Below are positions 1 through 8,430 of a stretch of 64,000 bases of DNA, piece after piece. Each line of letters opens with the position of its first letter. Within the stretch, counting starts at the first letter, position 1. The notes under the pieces were generated by a model. The model was not told the origin of the DNA and did no database searches. It saw nothing but the letters and a program-made list of their open reading frames with translations. Both the position numbers and the translations under genes were made by a program. The DNA comes from an uncultured bacterium (GTDB taxonomy: Bacteria > Krumholzibacteriota > Krumholzibacteriia > LZORAL124-64-63), in the NCBI GenBank assembly GCA_903859215.1, contig CAIOLW010000051.1, positions 2,482 through 66,481 on the forward strand, read 5' to 3'.

Positions 1-68
1 AGGGCGCCGCCGACCGCGTGTGCGTGCAGAACCTGAACGGCCACGCGGTGTTCGTGAAGACGCGCTGA
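1..68 (+). CDS. 3' end of an unidentified upstream CDS (partial, ...VCVQNLNGHAVFVKTR*)
   Basis: An open frame enters from the left edge. Its TGA at 66-68 overlaps the ATG at 68-70 of the next gene (TGATG junction, typical of coupling). Too short to assign a function. Confidence 0.35.
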   Translation, partial: GAADRVCVQNLNGHAVFVKTR

Positions 69-817
69 TGAGCGGCAACCCCCCGAACCACCTGGCTACC
101 GGCAAGCCCGCCGATCCCGGGCAATTCGTCCTCGAACGCCGCGCGCGCCTGGTCGGACCGCTGCTGCCGGCGCGCGCGGGTCACCTCGTCGATTTCGGCT
201 GCGGCAACGGCGCGCAGACGCTGCGCTTCCTCGACCGTTTCGAGTCGATCACGGGCGTCGATGTGGTCCCGTCGGAGCTGGCTGCTTTCGCGGACGCGTG
301 CCGGAGGCTGGGCGTGGCGGAGCGCGCGCGCGGCGTGCTGGCGGAAGGCGGCGCGCTGCCGCTGGCCGATGCCTGCGCCGATGTCGTCACCTCGTTCACG
401 GTGCTCGAGCACGTGGCCGACGAGCGGCAGGCCTTGCGCGAACTGCGGCGCGTGCTGAAGCCCGACGGCGTGCTCGTCATTACGGTGCCCAACCGCTGGT
501 GGCTGTTCGAGACGCACGGCGCCGACCTGCCGCTGCTGCCGTGGAACCGCGTGCCGCTGGTCAGCTGGTGGCCGAAGCGGCTGCACGACCGCTGGGCGCG
601 GGCGCGGATCTATCGTCGCCACGAGATCACGGCGCTGCTGCGCGAGTGCGGCTTCGAGCCGTTCGCGTGCCGGCGGCTGACCGCGCCGATGGATGTGCTG
701 CCCGCCGGCGCGCTGCAGCGGCTGGCCCGCGGCACGCTCTTCAAGGCCGACAGTACGCGGTGGCCGTTCCTGGCCACGGAGATCCTCGTGGCGGCGCGAC
801 CGCAGCCGCTCGCTTAG
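68..817 (+). CDS. class I SAM-dependent methyltransferase
   Basis: Lies within ORF 20..817, with ATG at 68 (MSGNPP...). Motif I is LVDFGCGNG. Downstream are DVVTSFTVLEHV and LKPDGVLVITVPN, typical of Methyltransf_11/25-type enzymes. Confidence 0.85.
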   Translation: MSGNPPNHLATGKPADPGQFVLERRARLVGPLLPARAGHLVDFGCGNGAQTLRFLDRFESITGVDVVPSELAAFADACRRLGVAERARGVLAEGGALPLADACADVVTSFTVLEHVADERQALRELRRVLKPDGVLVITVPNRWWLFETHGADLPLLPWNRVPLVSWWPKRLHDRWARARIYRRHEITALLRECGFEPFACRRLTAPMDVLPAGALQRLARGTLFKADSTRWPFLATEILVAARPQPLA

Positions 818-851
818 CCATCACGCGATTCCAGGTGAGTACCGGGGGCGG

Positions 852-1655
852 CTAGCGCACCAGCGCGAGCTTGCGCGACTGCTGCGTGCCGTCGGCGGTC
901 AGGCGCAGGAAGTAGGTGCCCGATGCGGCGTCGCGCCCGCGGTCGTCGCGCCCGTCCCAGAACACTTCGTGGGTGCCGGCGGTGAATTCGCTGTCAGCGA
1001 GCGTGCGAATGCGGGTGCCGTCGGCGGCGAAGAGATCGAGGCGCGCCGACTGGGCGCGCGGCAGGCGGAAGCGCACCGTCGTGCCCGGGTTGCAGGGGTT
1101 GGGGCTGCTGCCGTCCAGGATCGGCGCGCCGGGCAGGCCGGCCGTCGGCGTGCCGCTGCTCGACAGGACGACCGAGAAATCGCTGCTGCGGGCGGTGGTC
1201 GTGTTGCCGAAGGCATCGCGGCACGTGACCAGCAGGCTCAGGTAGCCCGACTGCATCTCGGGCGCGGGCCAGTCCCAGCTCGTGTCCTGCCAGGTGCCCA
1301 GGTAGGTGCGGGACGTCACGGGGGCGCCGTGGTCCTCCACGACGGCCGTGAAGTCCGCGGCCGCCGTGCCCGGGTGCCCGTCGGCTGTGGTCCAGTGGAA
1401 CGGCACCTGCTGCCCGCCCCGGACCAGGAGGTTCGCCGGCAGCGGGTCCAGCGCCACGATGGGCGCAACGGTGTCGATGGTGACGGCCGGGCTCGCGCCC
1501 AGGCCTACCGCGGCGTGGGCCTGTCCGGGGAATGACCCCGCCGAAAGGCACACCGCCGACAAGGCTATCGTGCTGAAAAATATCAGTTTACGCTTGTTGA
1601 TGGAGCTCACCGACCCGTCCGTCCGGTTGTGTGGGAGCGATGGATGGCGTGACAT
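852..1655 (-). CDS. secreted protein with FlgD-Ig/T9SS-type C-terminal domain
   Basis: ORF 852..1655. Signal-like segment KLIFFSTIALSAVCLSAGSFPGQAHA; an alternative GTG start at 1610 is possible. The C-terminal ~85 aa read NPCNPGTTVRFRL...LDLFAADGTRIRTL...FWDGRDDRGRDAASGTYFLRL...KLALVR. Confidence 0.75.
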   Translation of the reverse strand: MSRHPSLPHNRTDGSVSSINKRKLIFFSTIALSAVCLSAGSFPGQAHAAVGLGASPAVTIDTVAPIVALDPLPANLLVRGGQQVPFHWTTADGHPGTAAADFTAVVEDHGAPVTSRTYLGTWQDTSWDWPAPEMQSGYLSLLVTCRDAFGNTTTARSSDFSVVLSSSGTPTAGLPGAPILDGSSPNPCNPGTTVRFRLPRAQSARLDLFAADGTRIRTLADSEFTAGTHEVFWDGRDDRGRDAASGTYFLRLTADGTQQSRKLALVR

Positions 1656-1706
1656 CTATGACGATATCACAAATTCCATCATCCGGCAAGATGGGCCGCC
1701 GGCGGC

Positions 1707-4700
1707 CTACGGGGCCAGCGGGCCGGCCAGGGCGCGCGTCAGGTCTTCCACCCGGTAGCCGGCGCGCGCGGCGGCGGTCAGGATCAGCGCGCGCGCGTCC
1801 AGGAGCGCGGTCAGGTGGGTGGCGGCGGGGGCCTGCGTCTCGCGGACCAGCGCCTCGACCATCGCGACCTGCAGCAGCGCCTCGAGGTCTTCCTTGCGCA
1901 GCCACTGTGTGCCCTCGTGCGTGTTGGCGCCGGCGGCCCGGGCCAGGGCGGGAAGGGCCATCGCTGCGGGCAGCCAGTCGGCGCGGCCGGCGGACAGGCC
2001 GCGGACGGCGTCGTCGCCGGCGGCCAGGGCTTCGGCCAGGCGGGTGTCGCGGGTTGCCAGGTATTCGTGGCCGGACCACTCGCGCAGCACGTTCGTGATG
2101 TCCTCGGCGACGAGGTCGACGTCGGCGGGCGGCACGGGGGCGCGCGGCAGACCGCGGTCCTGGCCGGGCTGGCGCACGCAGCGCAGGATCGCTCCCAGCC
2201 ACGCCGTCCCGAGGGCGCGGCTGCCGGGCAGCGCCTGCAGCCAGAGCGCCAGGTCCTCGCGCGTGCGGGTGCCGAGGGTCGGGTCCGTCGCCAGGGCGGC
2301 CAGGCGGGCCGGGAGGCCGTGCAGGGCGCGTGCCCGTTCAGCGAGGCCGCGCGGCAGTTCGTCCAGCGTGGGCGGTTCGGCGACGATGACCGTCGGCGGC
2401 GTCGAGGCCGGAGTCGCTACTTCTGCGGGCTTGCCGGCGGGCTTGCCGGGGGCCTTGCCGGGGGCCTTGCCGGCGGTCTTGCCTGCGGGAATGCCGGCGG
2501 CCTCATCCTCGACTTCGCCGGCAACCGGGTGCGCCGGGATTGCAGCCGATTCCAGCCACGAGAGGACCGCGGGCGACAGCCAGCCGCGCACCTCGGCCAG
2601 TTCGCCCTCGAGCTGCAGGCGGCGCTGCGCGCGGCCCAGGTCGGGCGTGCCGCCGCCGCGCAGCATGGCGGCCACGCGGGCCCAGCTGCCGTCGGTGTCG
2701 CGCACCGTGCGCCAGTCGACCAGCGCGCGCGCCTGGTAGCCGTTCAACGGCGTGTGCAGGCCGCCGCCCGCCAGTTCCTCGCCCGAGCGCAGGTACTCGC
2801 AGCCGTCGAGGTGGTCGCGGAACAGGTGCCAGACGCCCGGCGCGGTGTCGAGGTCCAGCGCCTCGGCCAGCGAGCGGCGCACCAGGTACGGCTGCTCGGC
2901 GCTGCCGGTGTTGATGGCCGACGACAGCCGCACGCGGCCGCCCGTTTGCTCGATGGCGTTGTTGTAGATGATGAGCGCCTTGCCTTCGGGGCCTCGATTC
3001 GCGTAGGCGAAGACGTTCTCGTCGACCCAGCCGCCGTCGCCCTCGAAGTCGAACAGCGAGAAGTGTTCGGCGCCCGAGAAGATGCCGCGCCGGCGCATCA
3101 GGGGGAAGATGTCGCGCTCGTGGCGGCGCACCAGGTCCTCGTCCGCCTTCTCGTCCCAGTAGGCGCGCCGGTACTCCATGCCGTACTTCTCGGTGTAGCC
3201 CTCGATCTGGCCGTGGCCGATCATCGGCAAACCCGGCAGCGTCACCATCATCAGCATGCAGCCGAAGTACTTGTCGCCCTTGCCGAACTGCTCGATGGCG
3301 GTGCGCTCGTCCGGGTTGTTCATGAAGTTGACGAAGCGCTGCAGCACGGCGGGGCTGAACTCGAGCACGTTCTTGAGCGTCTGCCGGTACTTCGCGTTGT
3401 CCTCGAGCTTCAGCATGTTCATGAACGCGCTGTTGTAGACGCGGTGCATGCCGAGCGTGCGGACGAAGTAGCCCTCCATCAGCCAGAAGGCCTCGGCCAG
3501 GAGCAGCGTGTCGGGCGCTTCCTGCGCCACGCGGTCGACCACCTCGCGCCAGAACTCGTGCGGCATCGCGGCGTCGAACTGCTCGCGCGTCAGGCCGTGC
3601 TCGGCGCGCGAGGGGATGGCCCCCGCATCGCCCGGCGCGGGGAACCACAGGCGCTGGTAGTGCTTCTTGGCCAGCGTCATCGCGGCGTCGAAGCGGATGA
3701 TCGGGAACCGGCGCGCCACGTCGAGGATGACCTGGATGACGGCCTCGCGCACGTCCGCGCGCAGGAAATCGAGCTGCGCCGTGTCGTTCCACGGCATGCT
3801 GGTGCCGTCGTTGCCGTGGTAGATGTAGCGCGCCTGCCCGGTGCTTTCGTCCATACGCTGGAACACGACGGCGGCGTCCGAGCGGTTCCAGTAGCCCTCC
3901 TCGATGCGCACGCCGACGCCGGGAGCGCCACATAGGTCGCCGCCGGTGAACCGGTAGGCCGGGTAGGGCGGCTGCGGCAGCTGCAGGAAGTACTCGGGGT
4001 GCTCGACCACCCAGGTGCTGTCGATGCCCATGTGGTTGGGCACCATGTCGCTGGCCAGGCGGATGCCGCGGCGGCCGGCGCGCTCGCTCAGGTCGCGCCA
4101 GGCGTCCTCGCCGCCCAGCTCGTCGGCGATGCGGTAGTCGTGCAGCGCGTAGGCGCTGGCGGCGGCCTCGGGGTTGCCCATGTACTGCTTGATCAGCCGC
4201 GAGGCGTCCGAGCGCTCCCACAGGCCGATCAGCCACAGTCCGTTGACGCCCCAGGCGGCCAGGCGGTCCAGTTCCTGGTCGGGGATCTGGTCGAGCCTCG
4301 TCAGCGTGCGGCCGTGGTGGCGGCCGAGCTGGTCCAGCCACACGTGCACCGACTTGGCCATCAGCACCACGTTGCGCATCCAGCCGGCGTCCTGGCTGAA
4401 GGCCTCGGGCTCGGGGCGGCCGTCCTGCCAGCCGGCGTGGCCGGGGCCGAACTCAAGCACGGGGGCGGGGCCGGCGCCGCCGGCGCGGTGCAGGTCGATC
4501 TCGCGCAGGACATCGAGCGCCAGCTGCAGGCTGCGCAGCAGGTCGTCCGGCAGCAGGTGCGCCCAGTGCTCGCGGATGTACGCCAGCTGCCCGAAGAGCG
4601 AATCGGGGCTGGCCAGCAGCGGCGCGCGCAGGAGGTGCATGAGCGACACGCCCTCGCTGCCGGGGGCTTCCTGCTCGGCCAGGTAGGCTTCGAGGATGGT

Positions 4701-5258
4701 CACGAACGGCACGTAGGACACGCGCTGCCGGAGCGCATCGTCGGCGAACAGGGGGACCGCGGGGGCGGCAGCCGGGTTGCCCACGTTCAGGAACAGGAGC
4801 AGCAACTCGACGGTGGCCAGGTCGGCCCCGGCCAGCGGGCCGGGCTGGTCCTTCAGGAAGGCCGGGGTGTCGAGCCGTCCGGCCCGGACATCCAGGGGCG
4901 GGAAGAGGTCGACGAAGGCGCCCAGCACGCCGCCCACGCCGTCGGGGCCCAGGCGGCGGGCGGCCCAGCGGCGCCCGCGCTCGAGGCTGCCCGGGTTGTC
5001 GGTCTGGAAATAGCGCACCGCCACGAAACGGAGGGCCTGGTTCAGGGTGCGCAGGGCCAGCAGGACTTCGGCCGGGGGGCCGTCCGTGCGCTCCTTCAGC
5101 AGGCGCTCGGCCAGCCGTCGGATCTCCCAGGCCGGGTCGGCGGGGGCGGCGTCCAGGCCCGGCGGCAGCAGGCCGTCCACGGCATAGCGGTCCCACGCAT
5201 CGGCCGACAGGGGGAACGCGAAGACGAAGTAGTCGGACGAGCGGGGGCCGGATACCAT
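1707..5258 (-). CDS. GH13 (alpha-amylase family) glycoside hydrolase, 1183 aa, with long N- and C-terminal extensions
   Basis: This is the 3' part of run-through ORF 1707..6434, with ATG at 5258 (MVSGPRSSDYF...). GH13 regions: I DMVPNHMG, II IIRFDAAMTL, III LLLAEAFW, IV FMNNPDE. The (xGKx)5 linker is encoded at 2427-2486. Confidence 0.85.
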   Translation of the reverse strand: MVSGPRSSDYFVFAFPLSADAWDRYAVDGLLPPGLDAAPADPAWEIRRLAERLLKERTDGPPAEVLLALRTLNQALRFVAVRYFQTDNPGSLERGRRWAARRLGPDGVGGVLGAFVDLFPPLDVRAGRLDTPAFLKDQPGPLAGADLATVELLLLFLNVGNPAAAPAVPLFADDALRQRVSYVPFVTILEAYLAEQEAPGSEGVSLMHLLRAPLLASPDSLFGQLAYIREHWAHLLPDDLLRSLQLALDVLREIDLHRAGGAGPAPVLEFGPGHAGWQDGRPEPEAFSQDAGWMRNVVLMAKSVHVWLDQLGRHHGRTLTRLDQIPDQELDRLAAWGVNGLWLIGLWERSDASRLIKQYMGNPEAAASAYALHDYRIADELGGEDAWRDLSERAGRRGIRLASDMVPNHMGIDSTWVVEHPEYFLQLPQPPYPAYRFTGGDLCGAPGVGVRIEEGYWNRSDAAVVFQRMDESTGQARYIYHGNDGTSMPWNDTAQLDFLRADVREAVIQVILDVARRFPIIRFDAAMTLAKKHYQRLWFPAPGDAGAIPSRAEHGLTREQFDAAMPHEFWREVVDRVAQEAPDTLLLAEAFWLMEGYFVRTLGMHRVYNSAFMNMLKLEDNAKYRQTLKNVLEFSPAVLQRFVNFMNNPDERTAIEQFGKGDKYFGCMLMMVTLPGLPMIGHGQIEGYTEKYGMEYRRAYWDEKADEDLVRRHERDIFPLMRRRGIFSGAEHFSLFDFEGDGGWVDENVFAYANRGPEGKALIIYNNAIEQTGGRVRLSSAINTGSAEQPYLVRRSLAEALDLDTAPGVWHLFRDHLDGCEYLRSGEELAGGGLHTPLNGYQARALVDWRTVRDTDGSWARVAAMLRGGGTPDLGRAQRRLQLEGELAEVRGWLSPAVLSWLESAAIPAHPVAGEVEDEAAGIPAGKTAGKAPGKAPGKPAGKPAEVATPASTPPTVIVAEPPTLDELPRGLAERARALHGLPARLAALATDPTLGTRTREDLALWLQALPGSRALGTAWLGAILRCVRQPGQDRGLPRAPVPPADVDLVAEDITNVLREWSGHEYLATRDTRLAEALAAGDDAVRGLSAGRADWLPAAMALPALARAAGANTHEGTQWLRKEDLEALLQVAMVEALVRETQAPAATHLTALLDARALILTAAARAGYRVEDLTRALAGPLAP
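2427..2486 (-). repeat. 12-bp in-frame tandem repeat x5 (GGNCTTGCCNGN on + strand) encoding AGKTAGKAPGKAPGKPAGKPA
   Basis: Read directly from the sequence: gggcttgccggc/gggcttgccggg/ggccttgccggg/ggccttgccggc/ggtcttgcctgc. It lies inside the GH13 gene's C-terminal extension. Confidence 0.9.
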
Positions 5259-5378
5259 GGCTGGGCGTGCCTTTCCTTCTTGCTTCGGGCGGCGGAACCG
5301 ACCCATTATCCGTCCGTCCGGCGAAATGACAAGGACGCACTGTATTTTCGCGCACCCGGCTCCCGGAGGAGACCCCTT

Positions 5379-7175
5379 TTGAAGAAAACCATCCGCATCG
5401 GCAACGCCGGGGGCTACTGGGGCGACGACCTCGACGCCCTGCGCCGCCAACTGACCGGCGGCCAACTGGACTACATCACGATGGACTTCCTGGCCGAGCT
5501 CACCATGTCCATCCTGCGCAAGCAGCAGCTGAAGAACCCCGAGCTGGGCTACGCGCGCGACTTCGTCACGCAGTTGGAAACCTGCCTGCCGATCATCGCC
5601 GAGACGGGCGTCAAGGTGATCACCAACGCCGGCGGCACCAACCCCGCCGCGCTGGGCCGGAAGATCCAGGCGATGGTGCGCCAGCGCGGGCTGTCGCTGA
5701 AGGTGGGCGTCGTCTACGGCGACGACATCTGCGCGCGGCTCGACGACCTGACGGCAGCCGGCGAGACGTTCACGAACATGGAGAACGGCGCGAAGTTCGG
5801 CCCCGTGAAGGACCGCGTCATCGCCGCCAACGTCTACCTGGGCGCCGAGCCGGTGGTCGCCGCGCTGGCCGAGGGCTGCGACATCGTCGTGACCGGCCGC
5901 GTCACCGACACGGGCATCACGCTGGCGCCGATGATCTTCGAGTTCGGCTGGGCGATGGACGACTGGGACAGGATGGCCGCCGGCATCGTGGCCGGGCACA
6001 TCATCGAGTGCGGCGCGCAGGCGTCGGGCGGCAACCTGACCGACTGGCGCGAGGTGAAGAGCTTCCGCGACATCGGCTACCCCATCATCGAGATGGCGCC
6101 CGACGGCACCTTCACCGTCACCAAGCACAAGAAGACCGGCGGCAAGGTCTGCGCGAAGTCGGTCAAGGAACAGCTCGTCTACGAGATGGGCGATCCCGGG
6201 CAGTACATCTCGCCCGACGGCGTCGCCTTCTTCGACACGATCCAGGTGAAGGAGCTGGGCCCCGACCGCGTCGGCGTCAGCGGCGTGCGCGGCGGCCCGG
6301 CGCCCGAGCGCTTCAAGGTCTCGATGGCGTACGAGGACGGCTGGAAGGCCGACGGCGAGGTGCTGGTCTGCGGCCCCGACGTGCGCGACAAGGCCAAGGT
6401 CATCACCGACGTGTTCTGGCGGAAGACCGGGCACACGTTCGCCAAGACCAACACCTCGCTGGTCGGCGCCGGCAGCATCTGGCCGCCGCAGCTGGCGGGC
6501 TGCGAGCCCGACGAGATCTACCTGCGGTTCGGCGTCTGCGACCCGGACCCGGCCAAGATCGAGGACTTCGCCAAGGCGCTGCCGGCGCTGATCCTGGCCG
6601 GACCTTCGGGCATGGCCGTCTCCACGCGCGGGCGGCCGCGCGCCCAGCAGGTGGTGGCCTACTGGCCGGCGCTGATCCGCCGCGACCGCGTGGCGGCCGA
6701 GGTGCGCACCTTCGCGGTGGACGGCGCCGAGACGGCGCTGCGCATCGAGTTTCCCGTGCGGGGCGAGATGGGTGAGCCGGTCACCAGCGGTATCAAGCCG
6801 CGCGCGCTGCCGCGCAAGCCGGCGGCCGGCGCCCTGCGCACCGTGCAGCTGCGGCGGCTGTGCTACGCGCGCAGCGGCGACAAGGGCGACACGTCGAACA
6901 TCGGCGTGCTGGCGCGTTCGCCCCGAATATACGAATGGCTGGCGGGGTACCTGACGGCGGCGCGCGTGAAGAAGTTCTTCGGGCCGATGGTCAAGGGCCC
7001 GGTCACGCGGTACCGCCTGGACAACCTGGAAGGCCTGAACTTCCTGCTCGAAGGCGCGCTCGGCGGCGGCGGCACCACCAGCCTGCTGGTGGATCCGCAG
7101 GGCAAGACGCTCAGCCAGGCGCTGCTGCAGATGGAAGTCCAGGCGCCGTCATCGCTCCTGCGGGGGCTGGACTGA
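5379..7175 (+). CDS. acyclic terpene utilisation AtuA-like protein (DUF1446 family)
   Basis: In-frame 3' part of ORF 3999..7175. TTG at 5379 lies 8 nt after GGAGGA (5365-5370). IRIGNAGGYWGDD, DYITMDFLAELTMS and GHIIECGAQASGGN are typical of DUF1446/AtuA. The C-terminal ~100 aa form the fused AtuA small domain. Confidence 0.8.
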   Translation: MKKTIRIGNAGGYWGDDLDALRRQLTGGQLDYITMDFLAELTMSILRKQQLKNPELGYARDFVTQLETCLPIIAETGVKVITNAGGTNPAALGRKIQAMVRQRGLSLKVGVVYGDDICARLDDLTAAGETFTNMENGAKFGPVKDRVIAANVYLGAEPVVAALAEGCDIVVTGRVTDTGITLAPMIFEFGWAMDDWDRMAAGIVAGHIIECGAQASGGNLTDWREVKSFRDIGYPIIEMAPDGTFTVTKHKKTGGKVCAKSVKEQLVYEMGDPGQYISPDGVAFFDTIQVKELGPDRVGVSGVRGGPAPERFKVSMAYEDGWKADGEVLVCGPDVRDKAKVITDVFWRKTGHTFAKTNTSLVGAGSIWPPQLAGCEPDEIYLRFGVCDPDPAKIEDFAKALPALILAGPSGMAVSTRGRPRAQQVVAYWPALIRRDRVAAEVRTFAVDGAETALRIEFPVRGEMGEPVTSGIKPRALPRKPAAGALRTVQLRRLCYARSGDKGDTSNIGVLARSPRIYEWLAGYLTAARVKKFFGPMVKGPVTRYRLDNLEGLNFLLEGALGGGGTTSLLVDPQGKTLSQALLQMEVQAPSSLLRGLD

Positions 7176-7182
7176 GGGGTCG

Positions 7183-7863
7183 ATGCAGCCGCAACCGGTG
7201 TTCTTCATCGCCATCCTCGGGGTGGTCCTGGTCGGGGGCGTCATCGGGTGGCGCCTGGACCAGAAGCGCCAGGAGGCGCTGCGCGTCTGGGCCTTCGCGC
7301 GCGGGTGGCGGGTGCGGCCCGGCGGCGGCGACGGGCCCCTGTTCGAGCACCCGGCCGTGAAGCTGTTCCAGCTGGGGCACTCGCGGCGGTGCAGCTGCGT
7401 GATCGAGGGTGAACTCGACGGGCAGCCCCTGCAGATGTTCGATTACCGCTACGTGACGGGCCACGGCAAGAACCGCACGACGCACCAGTACTGGGTGGCG
7501 ATCCTGAACCTGCCGTACCCGGTCCGGCCGCTGCGCGTCCGTCCCGAGAACCCGTTCGACAAGGTGGGCGAGTTCCTGGGCGCCGACGACATCGACTTCG
7601 AGTCGGCCGAGTTCAGCCGCCGCTTCTTCGTCACCGCCGACGATCGCAAGTGGGCGTACGACATCATCCATGCGCGGATGATGGAGTTCCTGCTGGCGTC
7701 GTCGGGCGGCCACTCGCTCGAGTTCGGCAGCCATGAGCTCGTCGTCTTCGATCGCGGCGGCGGCAAGGCGGAACACTACGAGGCCGCAATGGCCCTGCTG
7801 CAGGGCATTCGCGACCGGATCCCCGAGTACGTCGTCCGCCAGCAGAGGGGTGAGGATACATGA
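7183..7863 (+). CDS. N-terminally membrane-anchored hypothetical protein (LemA-associated, possibly DUF3137-like)
   Basis: ORF with one N-terminal TM segment (VFFIAILGVVLVGGVIGW). Its stop overlaps the lemA start (ATGA at 7860-7863). The family call is only a recollection of LemA neighbourhoods. Confidence 0.65.
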   Translation: MQPQPVFFIAILGVVLVGGVIGWRLDQKRQEALRVWAFARGWRVRPGGGDGPLFEHPAVKLFQLGHSRRCSCVIEGELDGQPLQMFDYRYVTGHGKNRTTHQYWVAILNLPYPVRPLRVRPENPFDKVGEFLGADDIDFESAEFSRRFFVTADDRKWAYDIIHARMMEFLLASSGGHSLEFGSHELVVFDRGGGKAEHYEAAMALLQGIRDRIPEYVVRQQRGEDT

Positions 7864-8420
7864 GCATCTGGGTGTACATCGTGCCGCCGACGATGGTCCT
7901 TCTCTGGTTCGTGCTGACCTACAACGCGTTCGTGCGCGTGCGGCAGCAGGTGAGCGAGTCGTGGGCCGGCATCGACACCGAACTGAAGCGGCGCTACGAC
8001 CTGATCCCCAACCTGGTGGAAACGGTCAAGGGCTACGCCGGGCACGAGCGCCAGACGCTCGAGGCGGTGACGGCTGCACGCGCGAAGGCGGCCGCCTCGG
8101 CCGGCAGCCCCGGCGCGCAGGCGCGCGACGAGCAGGCCCTGGTCACCAGCGTGAACAAGCTGCTCGCGGTGGCCGAGTCGTACCCCGACCTCAAGGCCAG
8201 CGCCAACTTCCTGCAGTTGCAGAAGGAACTGGCCAACACCGAGGACCGCATCCAGGCCGCTCGCCGCTTCTTCAACGGCAACGTGCGCGACCTCAACACC
8301 CGCATCGCCGTGTTCCCGAGCAGCCTTGTGGCCTCGATGTTCGGCGTCAAGCCGGCCGAGTTCTTCGAGGTCGAGAGCACTTCCGTCCGCCAGGTCGTCG
8401 ACGTCTCGTTCAACGGTTAG
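7860..8420 (+). CDS. lemA: LemA family protein
   Basis: N-terminal TM segment followed by YNAFVRVRQQVSESWAGIDTELKRRYDLIPNLVETVKGYAGHE...ESYPDLKA...F, the classical LemA signature. Confidence 0.9.
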   Translation: MSIWVYIVPPTMVLLWFVLTYNAFVRVRQQVSESWAGIDTELKRRYDLIPNLVETVKGYAGHERQTLEAVTAARAKAAASAGSPGAQARDEQALVTSVNKLLAVAESYPDLKASANFLQLQKELANTEDRIQAARRFFNGNVRDLNTRIAVFPSSLVASMFGVKPAEFFEVESTSVRQVVDVSFNG

Positions 8421-8430
8421 GAGAGACCGC

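Noticed and set aside
2427-2486. A short regularly spaced repeat that could superficially suggest a CRISPR-like or minisatellite array.
   Set aside because: The units are 12 nt, contiguous with no spacers, and in frame within a coding region. It is a coding microsatellite, not a CRISPR array. No CRISPR array is present in the window.
1707-6434. A single 1575-aa ORF on the minus strand.
   Set aside because: The first ~390 codons are antisense to the well-supported AtuA-like gene (5379-7175). They have the R/A/G/D/H-rich composition of GC-driven run-through. The GH13 protein starts at the ATG at 5258.
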